Assembly: GCA_047967505.1 (NCBI GenBank)
Contig: CM106538.1
Reading direction: 5' to 3' (one strand)
DNA length: 64,000 nucleotides
Source of the DNA: Dipteris shenzhenensis
Taxonomy: Eukaryota
The number at the start of each line of letters is the position of its first letter. Within the stretch, counting starts at the first letter, position 1. The translations under genes were made by a program, and so were the position numbers. Below are positions 44,763 to 58,772 of the stretch, one piece after another. Under the pieces are notes generated by a model, which was not told the origin of the DNA, did no database searches, and saw only the letters and a program-made list of their open reading frames with translations.

Positions 44763-47039
44763 TTGGGACATTTAGTTATATAATGCTTTTCTAGTTTACA
44801 AAGCTTTTCCTTGTATCATTTCTATGTAAGGAATTGCATAAAATAGCTTAACTCTTGAAACCATTTGAGAAAACTATGCATGGTCTGATAACTATGGTAG
44901 CTAACTCGTTCATGAATTCTTGCAAATGACCCCCCTTATGCTAAAGAAAATGATTTCCTTGAGGATTCTTAAAGATCCTTGATAATATTGCCCAAGGATT
45001 GTTCGTTTCTCTCTGTAACTTGGTGAAACCTTTTCAATCCCTTGCTTGTTAAAATTCACGAGTGATAAAATGTGAGCTAATAAGATCTACATTTTTTGTG
45101 GGGTAATATCGTGTTGAAGCATTTCTTGGTGCAAATTGGTTTCCCCTTTGCACCCCTTCCCCCAACAGCCTATACATGTGAGACCATTGTATCACTATGT
45201 GACTTGATGATGATGTGTCCCATGTGATGAGTTCTTTTGTTCCTGATTTTGGGTTTCTTCTATGCTCTCCTTTACACATACTATGCGACAATGGTTATGT
45301 CCTTTATTGCAGTGCATTGTGCTCCTTGGTACTCTTGCGTAACAATGTATTCCTATGTCTGTTTTCTTATAAGTTCTAACGTCCCTAGGACACCACACCA
45401 TGGAATACCCTCCAAACCACTCCTTAAATTTGTGTTTTCCATTACTTCCCTCTTAAGAGTTTCCTTTGGATGCAAACATTGTAAGGAACATCTACACAGG
45501 TATGCAAGTTTGCTAAATATTGTATATTCACAACACCAAAAATGCATCAAATATGGGGCTTCTATGGATGTATAGCTTAAAGGACTAGATTATGGTAAAT
45601 AATATTGGAGAGGTTTGCTTCACTTGCCGAAGAGAAAGAGAGGCTTAGTTTTGTACAACACATTTTACAAATTTGAGTCTAGTAAAAGAAGAAAGACCTA
45701 CATGGAAAAGGACTTGCATCTTTGTCCATCCTCAAATGTAGTCTTTGGGTGTGTGCACTTCTTACATGTAATTGAGGTTCTTGGGCTTATGTTCATGGAG
45801 TATGTGTTCCTTTACTCTCTTGTGGAATGGAACCATTGGAGTCTTTCATAGGCATCCATCCCATGCGTAAATAAATCTACAAGGTCAGGGACCATTTTTA
45901 TTACCAAAAGGACAACTTGGTAGCTATTATTTTGAGGGGGCAACACACTTTGGGTATGTTTACAACATTATGCTACCACAACCATAAGACATGGGTTCTC
46001 ATATGATAACTTGAGGATGGTGCAGTATTAGAAGGAGGAATTAATAAAGGAGGTGGCTATGTCCATGAAGTTCTCCCTTAGTCCAATTGTGTGAGGTTGT
46101 CTTGGTTCATGCACTTAACATTTTCGTTTATTATTTCTGCAAATTGACATGCATAGACCATAGACTATGTGGCCATGCATGGGTGATAAGTTCCAATGCT
46201 CTGCATCTAAGGATAACCTACTTTTAATCAACCATATTCATGACAAGCATTATATATGTATGTCCTATACATGTAATGAAAGAAGAAGGTGTTGCTTGCT
46301 CCCCTTTGATGCAAATGACAATGCTAACATTGGAGATCGGGCTTGTGGGTGGCCATATCAAGAATATTACTATAAACTTAAAATGGAAAGGCATATATGT
46401 GAGCACTTTTTGGCCATCAATTATTAATTTTTCATTTGAATAAGTGTAAATGATTTGGAAAGGTGTCGGTGCAAGTAAAATGTCATCCCTCTAGTTGCAG
46501 ATAAAAATGATGCATCATGTGCACAACTATTGTGTTTCTTCTTTACATGGTGTGCCATTGGTTTGTGCTGATATGTACTTTGCAATTGCTGTGTTTTGTA
46601 ATACACTTCCAAAATATTCGTGTTTTTGAGGTTCTTTAGAGTCTTCTTGCCTACTTGTTTATAACTTGACAATAATGAATCATGAAATAATTACAAAAAT
46701 GATTAAATTTCATAGCTTGATTCTCAGCTACATCGTTGCTCTTGCTCTTTCTTTTTCGTTGCAATTACATTTTTCAACAATCCGTTTCTTTCTTATGTCA
46801 TTGCTCTCAATATCTCTTTTGCCCTTGATTTCACTTCTTTGTTGCATCATTGCACTTTCATTGTCTACTCCACATCTTTTGTTTGAACACTTTGTCTTCG
46901 TACTTGATGAAGAAAATGAACATGAATGGGGTGCAATCATCAAGGAATGTGACAAAATACCTTGAGCTAGCATACTTAAGTGTGAAGCAATTCAAGTGGG
47001 TAGGCGCTTTGATTTCCTTCATCAAGAATTACAATCCCA

Positions 47040-49440
47040 ATCGATGCATCAAACACCTATGAAATGACAATGGGGGCGAATGTCGAAGCATACGCTTTAC
47101 TCAATTTTGCAAAGCAACCAACATATCTTCCAGAGTTTACCATTCCCTCAACTCTGGAACAAAATGGCATTTCTAAAGGCAAAAATTGCACCATTCTAGA
47201 GCTGACTTGGTGCATGGTCCACCATGAAGGACTACCCGAATTCATAAGGCATAAGCTGCCTCAATAGTTGTCTATCTAATAAACCATGTACCAACTCTTC
47301 TAATGGGCATGTCGACTCCCTACGAGCTCCGGTATGGACACAAACCTAATGTTATACACCTCAGAGTCTTCGACTATTGCATATTTGTCCATGTGCCCAC
47401 ACATCAACGTGGCAAAATAGATCCTTGAAGGGTAGCAAAGTCTGTTTATTTCTCGACAACTATGCTAATAAGAAAAGAAGCTACAAAATCTTTATCCCAT
47501 GGAATCGCCAAATGAGGTTTTTCAAGAAATGTCCTAGTTCTCAAGGAGGATCCCCTGGTATACAACATGCCTTTTGCCATGTCATCACTAGTCTAGCCTA
47601 TTCCATGCATCCTAGTCCCCACTACCCCATCCTTGCTTGTGACTCGTTTCCATGCACTTGGAAGACCATGCTTGCCATGTCTCGTAGCCCATGCCTCCCT
47701 TAGTCCGCATCACTCCCGATTGGGTCCCCTTCTTGACAATGCCCTGCCCCCCCATGCTGATGCACCCATCCAATGCTTGAAGAGCCCACGTGCTTCAACA
47801 ATCCGCACTTGCTAGCTTATCTTTGATGTCCACATGCTATGAGCGCAGTACCTACACAATTAACCTCAACATTAACCTAGAGATCCCCCATCTGATGACA
47901 TCACGATAACTGCTCCCATTCCGCATACCTTACCCTTTGTCTTTCGTCACTCCACATGACCTTGCCATCTGCTAGCCCACTTTGATGGGGCTTTGATGAC
48001 ACAATAATGGGACGTGGTTTGCTTTGTTGCTTGGGCGAAAGGCAATCAATAGTAAATGGGTCTTCAAAATAAAATGCCAACCCAATGGTGAGATTTCTTG
48101 CTTCAAAGCTCATCTAGTTGCTCAAGGATTTATATAGACAAAGGGCGCATTGATTATATTGACACCTTTGCATCGGTCATCCACATACCGTCCATCTGGC
48201 TCTCGCTTGCTTGGGATAATACACTCCGCAACATTCAGATCTATCAACTTGATGTGCATCCTACATTCCTCCATAGTGACTTAGATGAAGACAACACCCA
48301 CCTGGCTTTCCCCATGTGGACAAGATGGCGTGCCACCTCCATAAAGCACTTTATGGGCTAAAGTAGGCCTCTCATCCCAGTAACTCAAAATCGATTCATT
48401 TTTCTTGCACTGCATTTTCAGCCGCTATTATAGGATTGTATGCTATATGTTTGCACCAACTCTTCCATTTTTTGGATGTTGCCCTCTACATGGATGATTT
48501 AATGGCGCTCTACAAAAAACTCACCAGCCCCTCGAGCTCTTCAAGAAGGAACTCTAGTCTAACTTGAATGACTTATTCTGGGACATTCACTATTGTCTAG
48601 GTATTCAAGTTCCGCGGGATCAAAAAGATGGGAAGACATAGTTTATCAACAAAGGTATTCAAAGCATGCTTGATAAATATCATATGGCCGACTACGCTCC
48701 CCTCGGCACACCCCTTGACCTTAAACATCAAACCCACCAAAAAATGTGTCGCACGACATAGGATGAACATCTACCTATGGATCCATATTGTATCCTTATT
48801 GGATCATTGATGTATGCCATGGTCTGCACATGACCAAAAATATCTAGTTTTGTGATTGAGCTTATTTAATTTATGACTAGCAGCCAAACATGTTCTCAAA
48901 TCTCTCAACGGCACCTCCAATTTGGACACTACTTATTTGACTCAATCACAACATCTCTTGGGCTATGCCAACTCTAGACATGCAATACCGACGATCGTTG
49001 TTCAACGAGTGGTTATAATTTTGTTGTTTGAAGGACCAGTCTTTTGGGCTTGCATAAAGAAGAAGTCAATTCCCCTCTCCATAGAAGTTGAGTACATTTC
49101 TATGTGTCACACTGCCAAGGAGCATGTGTGGCTTCACAGAATGGTCCAAGAGATTTTAGGATCCAGTTCACCTCTAGCATCCTATACAATGACAACAATG
49201 CTTGTATCTGGCTAGCAAAGAATGGTTGCCATGACCCACTACAAATGTAGCAAGCACATTGATCTCCACGAACACTATATTCGTGACCTTGTCCAACAAA
49301 GGGAGCTTCTATTACTTTACTGCCCCATTGTAAATATGCTTTCACTAATCATTTGCCAAAAATTAGTTCATTTTCTTACCCACTGGCATTGGTGTAACAC
49401 CAACGCCTTTGACTGTCTATTGAGAGAGGGATTACGTGGA
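47040..49440 (+). mobile_element. Old degenerate Ty1/copia internal fragment (INT-RT-RH)
   Basis: DNGGE and QNGISKGKNCTILE (integrase); DYIDTFASV and YQLDVHPTFLHSDLDE (RT); SIEVEYISM and SKHIDLHEHYIRDLV (RH); PPT-like sequence near 49420-49432. Confidence 0.8.
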
Positions 49441-52400
49441 GTTATCAGATCAATTGAAATCTATTTACTTAGTGATATTAATTACTTAGGCAGTTTACAC
49501 ATTGAGAGGTACCCATCCCTGGGCAACCGTTTGAATCAATAGGAGGTAGTTTTTATTAATAGACATACATCTTATTATACAAGCACACACTGCCCATAAC
49601 TAATCTTTCCAATCCTATGTCAATTTCACATTCCGCCCCGCCCTCTCCAAGGGTAGCCAAGCTTCACTCCCTAGTAATGGGTACCTTTCAAATATCCTAA
49701 TCACCTATGCTTTTAGAGTCCTACAGATCATTGGTAGTTCCTTTGAATTACAAAACCATTGTTGGGTGCCCATGGGTTTGGAATGGTGCACACATTCGAG
49801 ATTTCCAATGACTCTTTCCTTCTTGCGATGTATGCATACTTTATTACAAAAGGCTCACACTCATTTCATACATGTGCTCTAGCTTTAGGTTGCTCACATT
49901 GTTGTTCCTCCACTTGCTCTCAAGAAATTCCTTTGTCTCTCTTGATGCATGTATCACTTGGGTTTTCTTTGATTCTTTTGCTTTTTTTGTTTTTAGTCAT
50001 TGCACTATGGTTCCCGATAGATAGTCGAGTTTGGTATTCTGATGTGTGGTCTCATCATTAATGTAGTGAGCTGTGTGGTCAAATCATTAATGGTGTGCAT
50101 TGCCATTGTTGTGCTATCTATCAAAGTATTACATAGCACTTGTTGCTTGTTGTATGCTGTGGGCATCATCCATTGTAGGCTTTAGTTTGCTTTCATTGTC
50201 GCTGTGAGCTCTATCAGTCATGAGTTTGTCGTTGAGGCTGTATGCTTGTGGTTTGTGTTGGCATTTCTTGTGAAGGAAAGTAGCGACTAAAGAAGCCAAT
50301 AGGCTAGAATGAGAAAGAGCACGAAAGTAAATGCTCGAGCAAGAAGCTAAAGAACAGTGTAAGAAAGAGAAGAAACGGCTTGAAAATGATGATTATATTA
50401 CACTGACCTTGAAGGCCTTATAAAGGTTTACAAACTATAACTGCTTGAGAAGTTTGTTGTACAACTAATCCGTAGATTATACAAATGGAAACGGAAATGT
50501 TTATCCCTTAGCTAAGTATTTCGGAGTTAATTCCATACATTTTAATACCCCCCCTTAACTCCAAAATATTGGAATAACCAAAGGAGGGACTAGCTGCTAG
50601 TATCCAGAGGTAATGGACTCGGTGAGGAAATTCCAAGTGAGGAGCAACATTTCCAATGAGCGGCCTTCACAAGAGGCTTAGTGAAGACATCCACAGCCAT
50701 GTCATGTGTCAAAACATATACCATCTGAAGGTGCCCTTGTTCGACCTCGTCCTTGAGAAAGTGAAAACAGGGATCAATTTGCTTGAGGCGCTCGAGCTGA
50801 CTGTTGTGTGCAATAGCGATTACAGACTGATTATCACCATAAGTGGTTAATGTATCATCCATAGGGAACCCAAGGTTGTTAAACAAGCCATGCAGCCAGA
50901 TAATTTCAATAGTGGAGCTTGCTAACGACACATAGTCTACCTCAGCAGTAGAAGGAGTGACCGTGGCTTGCTTTTTTCTATGCCAAACCACCGGTCCACC
51001 TGCATATAGAAATATATAGCCAATAGGGTGCAATTTAAAGACTATACTTCAAGGAATGCAGTGATGATTGAGGGTGCTCAATATGTGCCTCTCAGTGATA
51101 TCCAGGCTGCAATAGACTAGGCACGAAAGTTAAATAGAGATGTAAGTAGGGTGCCACTAAATAAAAAGAGAATGGACATGGCATGTCCCATTCATAATAA
51201 AAAATTCCGTCTGGTTGAATACATGTATGGCCTCACCTTCTATTTGCATATGGTATATCTCAAAGCCCCCACAGCTTGACGATATGGTATGCCTTGCATC
51301 TCATGATAATATTTGATATCAATGGATGGAGACATGGACTTTCTAAGACATGAAATTGCTTCGATTGGTGTTGCGATCGAATGGGCATGTTGCATATTGA
51401 AACTGTGGAGTATGTCGTGAGCGTACTTGCCGTGAAACATCGATCTTTATTTCACCTATGGCTAAGTTCCTTTGGATTTGTATTCCAAGGAAATATTCTG
51501 TGAGCCTTGATCAGTCATTTGAAATTCAAGAGACAGTTGGAGTTTCACTTGGGCGAGCAGGTTAATGTCATTACATGCAAGGAGCACGTCATGTACATAG
51601 AGACCAATGATGCACAGCTTATCACCAAGCTTTTAACATAGACATTGTTATCAGACAAGGTGTGCACAAAGTTGATGCTTTCAAGGAAAGTGTAGAAGTG
51701 AAGATACCACACTCAAGGGGATTTTTAAAGCCCATAAGGACTTTTAAGGAGCATGCAGACCTTATGCTCTTATCCTGGTGTGATGAAACCATCCGATTGT
51801 TGTTGCATGTAAACACGCTCATGAGGTCCTCGGACACCGTTGAGGAATGCAATCTTCACATCCATTTGATGGAGGAGGAGTGAAAGCTTGGCTTTGAGTG
51901 CCAATATTGCCCACAGAGATTTCATATTGATGATAGGAGCATATGTTTTCGTATAGTCGACCCCTTGAATTTGCGAGAACCCTCGAGCTACCAATCGAGC
52001 AAGGCTACCATTAGAATTGTACTTACATTTAAGGAGCCATTTGCAGCTGACAATATTTCATCTAGTAGGTGAATCCACCAGGGTCCAAGCCTTGTTTTGA
52101 TGTGGGGAATTTTGAACTCTTCTTGCATCACAGCCTGCCACACTGACAACACAACAAGGTAAAGCACCTATAGATGCACACACAGACGCGTTTACTGAAC
52201 TTAAAAAAAAAACTTACGGGCGCATCTATTTGCATGTCTATTTGCGTGTCTAGAGACCCATGTCTAACGGTGAGTCTATATAGCAGACAGATGCACGTAT
52301 AGACGTGCATATAGACGCATAAATAGACGCTCTGCTAGAAAATTTAAAAAACAGACAGACGCATCGTTAAATGCGTGTATAGATGCATTTATAAACGGTC

Positions 52401-52835
52401 TTATAGACGCATTTATAAATGCGTTTATAGACGGTTTGATAGACGTGCTACATAATATTTTTTAAATTTATATAATGCTGTGTATGTTGTGTATGCTATG
52501 TAGTTATAGGAATCCCATTTCCACATTGTGTAATTCAATTCTTACAGCCAACTGCATTTTAATTAGCACTCTTGCAAGCACATCTATAGCCGACAATTAC
52601 AATTCCAAATAAAACATTACAACTCCAAAAGGTTTAGTTTGCAAGGCATTAATTGATAGAACGTTGCACAAGAAAATTGAAAGCTCAAAAAGTGCTTGTA
52701 TGTACATATAGCACGAAGCTAAGCCACATCCTGTGGCTTCAAGTACCAAAAATAAGAGGAGTGTATATACAAGAGGCACAAAGCCAAGCCAGTGGCTTTA
52801 AGTACAAAAAAGAGTAGCTAGCACTACTTCTACGA

Positions 52836-54265
52836 CTAATCTAAGTTCTCCACGTCCTCGCTCCCTTCTGCACTCCCTTCTCTGCCTCCTTCCTCGTCTT
52901 CTTCCTCGTCTTCTTGTGCAAGGGCCTGTAAACAAGGGACAACATATATCAATGTATGAAAAATTAAATCTTTACTTATAATGTTGACATTATTTAATTA
53001 CTTTCAAATACCTCGGGGGACGCTCCAGTAGCTCGGATATACTGCTCCTCAGTAATCAACCCATCATTATAAAAGTGCTTCCATGTATCTCCTCTGCGAT
53101 GGTGGCAGTGGTAGGCTGTCTCGATAGGAGTAGGGTATCTACCCACGATATCAAGCTGCAAGATAACACAATTTGCGGAGGGGTTAGTACAAAGAAACAA
53201 CCTCCTAATAAACTAAATAAACAATATAATTTGAGATCGATACTTACAAATTAGGCCTCCCATGATTTAACACCCCCTGCTCCAAAATGCAGGCTTCCAT
53301 ATTGCTCCATTAGGATCCTTCGTGCTTCCATGTGCTGCAGACTACGTTCCTCCCTCGCTGACTTCATTGCTTTCTTCCATTCACGCTTGTGAGCGGTGTG
53401 GGGTGGGCCCCTTGGTGGTTGACCTCCCTCGAGCCTGGCAAGCTCCGCTTGTGCCTGCCTCTTAAGCGAAGATCTTTTATTGCCAAGTATCGTAACAATC
53501 TTTGACTTGGCCCATTTATCTATGAACTGAAGATTGGGGGGGTTAGGATACCTAGAGCGAACAGTAGCGAGGGTCTCATCAACCAACCTCTTTGGCTGGT
53601 CTTTGTAGTGGATAAAACAATCTCTATAATTGTTAGCAGTTACAGAGTGCATGAAGGCCATGATGTCCTTCCCCCGTGCATCCATCAAGATGCCTCCTAT
53701 TTGAGTAACGTCATAGAAGATCATACCATTACTCGGAGGCATGTCTAAATCATCTGAATCATCCTTGTCCCCACCACCACCCCTCTCACAGCACTGTGCC
53801 ATGCATCCCCCACCGCTCTCCCTACTACTACGCCTGCTATCATATCGTGTCGAGCTAGTACGCTAGCCACTCGTAGCTGGAGACTACATGGGACTACATG
53901 GACCACTCGTAGCTGGAGAACCGAGTCTCGATTGCACAGGAGTACGTCGACGGCTCTGCGAGACAGAAGGACCTCCTGACGGCATGGGGGAAGGGACATA
54001 AGATGGCATGGGGGAGGGGGCATAAGACGGCATGGGAGAAGGGGCTCGGCTGTGTAGCCGGATGGGTTATGCTGACTCCGCTGGGGTAATCTCAGCTAGT
54101 GTGGGGTTGGGGTGGTTTGGAGTCTGTAGTGCCGACTCTTGGGGGGTACCCGTCATGTAGCCATATAACTCTCCAGGACTGGGAGGGTACTCTTAAAGGT
54201 TATATAACTCTCGAAAGATGGTCTCTCGAAGATCAGGTGAGCCTGAAGAGCTTCCTGGCCACATG
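52836..54265 (-). pseudogene. TnpA-like (Transposase_24/Ptta-like) second gene, oriented divergently from TnpD
   Basis: Phase-0 exons ...-53248, 53155-53012 and 52925-52836 with GT-AG introns. PPHT...EW...RS...HFGAGG...GRYPTPIE and an acidic tail. In-frame TAA at 53251-53253. The 5' part is frameshifted and approximate. Confidence 0.65.
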
Positions 54266-55276
54266 ATGAACTAGAAAAAAGAAAAAAAGAAGATTACTGA
54301 TGAGCTGAGAAGAGAAAAGAAGAGAAAGGGGGAGAGAAAAATTACCACGAAAAGAGAGGGAAAGAGAGAAGGAAAGAGAGGCAAATATAGGAAAAGAGAG
54401 GCAAATCCTTTCCTTGGAAGTGGTAGTGGAAAGGGAAAGGGAAAGGGAAAGAGGAGAGAAAAGAGAAAGGAAAGGAAAGGGAAGGGAAGAGAAGAGAAGG
54501 GAAGGGAAGAGAAGGAAAGGGAAGGGAAGAGTCAAACTATCGGAGTGCGTCTATAGACACATATGAACAACGCATCTATTTTTACGTATAACAATGCGTC
54601 TATAGACACAGCTATCTATTTCTAAACATAGAGTAAATGCGCCTGTAGATGCGCTCTGAGACGCGTCCATAGATGCACTCCGACAGACGGACTATTCTAA
54701 AAAGGCAAAAAGGACATGCGCCCGGCACAAAAGCATAACATTGATACCAAAATCATTCGTTTCTTGGATACGACGAAGGATGAATCCAAAGAGAGCAACT
54801 TTCAAAGAAGATCAACCGTAAAGAGCCTTACCTTGGATAGAGGTATGGAAGCTTCTTGTCCTTTTTCAAAGTTGCGTCTCTTCCTTGTTCACTCTCCTTC
54901 TGTGTGCTTGGAGATGATTCTGTAAGCTTGGAAGTAAGTGTGGGTGCCTGGAGATAAGTGTCAGACTGTGGATCTATTAATAGCAAAGCAAGCAAGCCGC
55001 GTGAAGCTTATGTGAAGGAAAGCAAAGCAACCGCACTAAAAGTAGATTTGAAAGCCATGTCTATAAGCGCGTCTAATGGCACATCTATACACGCATCTAA
55101 ATACACGTGTACTTACATGTCTAAATACACAGAGCAGATGCGGTTTTAGATGTGCCTATAGACGCGCACCACAGATAAGATAGATGCGATTTTAGACACG
55201 CCTTTAGACGTGCGACAGAGTTTTAAGATTAAATATTTGAAGAAAAGCAATTTTTTTGGGTTGTTTGTTTGTAGGA

Positions 55277-58200
55277 TGTCTTCATCTTCAACAAGTAGCT
55301 CAAGTGAGGATGAATCCCTCCGTATCCACCATTGCGAAATGTGGTTGGAGCAAGAAATCAAATGTATGTGTAATCGATGTCGAAGAAACATGTATCGTGC
55401 ACGTAGGATTACACTCAATCAAATCTCAAAGTATGGAGAATGGGATGCGACCATAAACATGGTAAGTGTTAAAGAGTTAAGGTTGACTGAGATACCTATG
55501 GGTGTTCATATGTTTGAGTTATGGTCCCGTTTTAATTTGATACAGGATGCAGTGCCACACTCGCATATATTTCCCTATGCTCGTCGTGAGGAGACGAAGC
55601 ATCGGCGATATGAAGTGGGACCTTCAGGAGGGACCGTTACGGATGCATGGAGTGATGGTGATAGTAGCCCTCTGCCATTACCTCATGACGTTGTGGAGGA
55701 GGTGTTTGATGATATGGTGCGGGATTTATATGTCCATCAATCCGAAGGGAGGGATGATAGCATGGAGCAGGACGATCTTTTTACCGTAGCATCGACTCCA
55801 CTGTTTGAGGGGTAAACATTCTCTATTCTACGTGCCTCCCTTGAGTTACTAAACTTGCAAACCATCTATGGATGGAGCAATACAAGTTTGAATGCATTAC
55901 TCAAGTAAGCTTTAAGTCTATTTTGCAAACATGGTGAATTATGCTAGTGGGCCAATTACTTGAATGCTTTTCCTCATTTATGGTCTTCACGTGCAAGCTA
56001 TTGTGTAAAATGCTTCCAAGGGAGAATAAATTACTGACCTCAAGAGATATGGCAAGGCAACATGTGACCTCTTTTGGAGGATTAGATTACAAGCGCATCC
56101 ATGCATGCGTCAACGATTGCGTTTTGTTTCGTGGACTACATAAGGATGCAAGAGAGTGTCCTACTTGTGGAGAGGCAAGATATAGAGCAGATCTCAAAAC
56201 GTTGGACGTGCCTCGTAAGGTTCTACGATATTTTTCCATAATCCCTCGCATCCAACATATTTTCAAGTGCAAATCCATTGTAGAGCTCTTGTCATGGCAT
56301 TCCTCCCATCGATCAACCGATGGCAAGTGGAGAACTCCCGCAGACATGCGTGGAAGCATATTGAAGACACATGGCCAATCTTCAAGGAAGAACCTAATAG
56401 CTTGAGACTTGGATTGGGTATGGACGGTGTGAACCCATTTGGTCTCAAAAGCACCTCTTACAGTGTATGGCTAGTGATATTGGTGAAGCTTGGACACAAG
56501 AGAGACCAAATGGGTGTGTTTTTTTACCTCATGCACCGTGGAGGTTATCAAAGCTAGAGATGGCAGCTGTGAAGCATGCTATTACTACAATTCGTACTCC
56601 CACTGGATGCATGAGGTGTTTGAAGGGGGCTCGGGGGGGTCACTATGTATGAACCCTCTATATCACGTGCATTCGAGGCCTATTTGTAAAATCCCTTATC
56701 TGTAAATTTTTCCTTAATAAAATGTACCCTTTTTCTATACAAATCTGTAAATTTTTTTACACTTCATTTTAAATGCTCCCTTATGTATATTAATTTTTGA
56801 GAAATTTAGAAATTAAAAATATCCTTCTGTTAAACTCACGTGATAGGGTTACATATGATGAGTGACCCCCTCGAGGAAAGGGCCCTTTACAAAGAGCAAG
56901 AAAAGAGGTGTAGAGCAATTATATGGCTGGAAATCTCATGATTGGCACAAGATGCTCCAAGTATTTTATGTGCATAATATCTTTTTCCTTTCAAATTTGT
57001 GAGTGAATAATTATAAGCAACTAATTAACCACCTCCTCGTGGGTTTAGTTCATACTATCTACTAGCATTTCTCGTAGTGCATCGAAGGATGTCAAGGATT
57101 GTATTTACAAGATGGGCGAGCTTGTGAGGTACTTTACATGATACAAAATATGATGCGTATCAATGCTCCATGCAAGGTGTTCATATTGCTAATATGGTGT
57201 ACTTTTTCATTTCTAGGTATGTGAGCTCAAAGGAAATAGATCCCACCATGCTTGAGAATGCTTGAGTTATGTCAGTAGAGGTGGTTTGTTTAGTGGAGGA
57301 GACATTTCCACGTTCTATTCTCACAAGCCAACTACATCTTATAGTGCATTTGGTGGATGAGATTGCTATATGCGGTACTATATATGCACGATGGTTGTCC
57401 TTCCTTGAGCGCTTCATGAAGACCTTGAAGGGCTTCGTGAGACAAAATGCAAGACCCAAAGGTAGCATGGCCGAGGGTTGGTTGGTACAAGAGTCACTTG
57501 TATATATTTCTAAGTTTCTTATTGATGTGGATAGCTCTCTCCCACGACTATGGAGAGATGATGAATACCTAAGGATGACCTCTATTGTGCCTCAAGGGAA
57601 AGGATGAAACAAAGTAATAGACACGGAGTTGCTTAGTAATATCAACCTCTATTGTGTGCTTAAGAGTGATGTGATGAAAAGATGGGTGACAAGATACGAG
57701 GATGCAAAGGCAAGAAGACAAGAAGAAAGGGCCCTTTTTCGTACACACCACGGATCTCGTGTGCCATATCCTCAGTATCTAAGAGCACTTCTAGAGGATA
57801 TTCATGTGGATTGGCTACTTGATGAAATGAAGAAAGCAGAGAAAGACGAGGGGATGCATATCACAATGGAAGAATGGGAGTATGCTAGGGGATGCATGAG
57901 CAAGGTCGGTATATAGAATGTTATGCATAAGCTAGGAGCTTTCAATAATTTAGATTGCTTATTTAATTGATTTTTTCTTGGTGTAGTGTACTATGTTCAA
58001 TGCTATATGGTGTGAGGGCAAGCATTTTCGAACATAACGGATTGGTGATAAGAGAAACACACAAGATTGCGGCATCATTGCTAGCTTTGAGGAAGTCAAT
58101 GGAGCCATGGATGATTATTGTGGCATAATCCAAGATATTATTAAGCTTGACTTTCGACGCTTCTTTGTGTATGTTTTGGATGTAAAGTGGTTTAAGGACA

Positions 58201-58772
58201 TGGTGAAAAGAGGCCCTAATACAACAATCAAACGCCATGTAAGTGGCTTTGTAATTATTGACTCCATAAAGTTTTATCAAAGTTTAGGACACACTAGTAC
58301 TACCGCAACAATGTGAACATGTATTGTATACACATATAAAAATACTCGCTTTTAAATATTTGATACCTTCGATGCAAGGAAAATAACATGATTGTATTTG
58401 TGTTTGAATTAGGTTGTCTATCAACCAATGGTAGATAATAATAGATGGTGGCATGTCATACCTATTATGCCACGTTCCAAAGTGATGTATAGTACATTTA
58501 CTAATATGGAGTGTATGGAGGATGATCATGGCCATGGAGGTGATGATGACCGTGATACGAGAGAGGAGGATGATCATGAGATAGGAGATACAGATATTGA
58601 GGCCATTACCCGTGAGGACGAGCCTACCATTGGTGATGCTGATTTCGATGAGCACATGAGTAGCACAAGTAGTAGTGGGTTGAATGTATTTGTAGATCTA
58701 AACACTTGTTTGGATTTTGAAGTAGATAGTTTGGTAAGGGTTGATCTTATTGAGGATGAGATTGAACCGTAA
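55277..58772 (+). pseudogene. TnpD-like CACTA transposase; multi-exon, internally deleted and frameshifted
   Basis: IHACVNDCVLFR...CPTCGEARY and LGLGMDGVNPFG (Transposase_21-like); HLIVHL...FLERFMKTLK...GSMAEGW (DUF4218-like); YCGIIQDIIKLDF...KWF (DUF4216-like). Sequence jumps near 56485. Confidence 0.9.

Noticed and set aside
54280-54535. GGAAA/GA-rich tract and its Leu/Ser/Phe ORF
   Set aside because: Low-complexity leader/intron sequence of the CACTA minus-strand gene.
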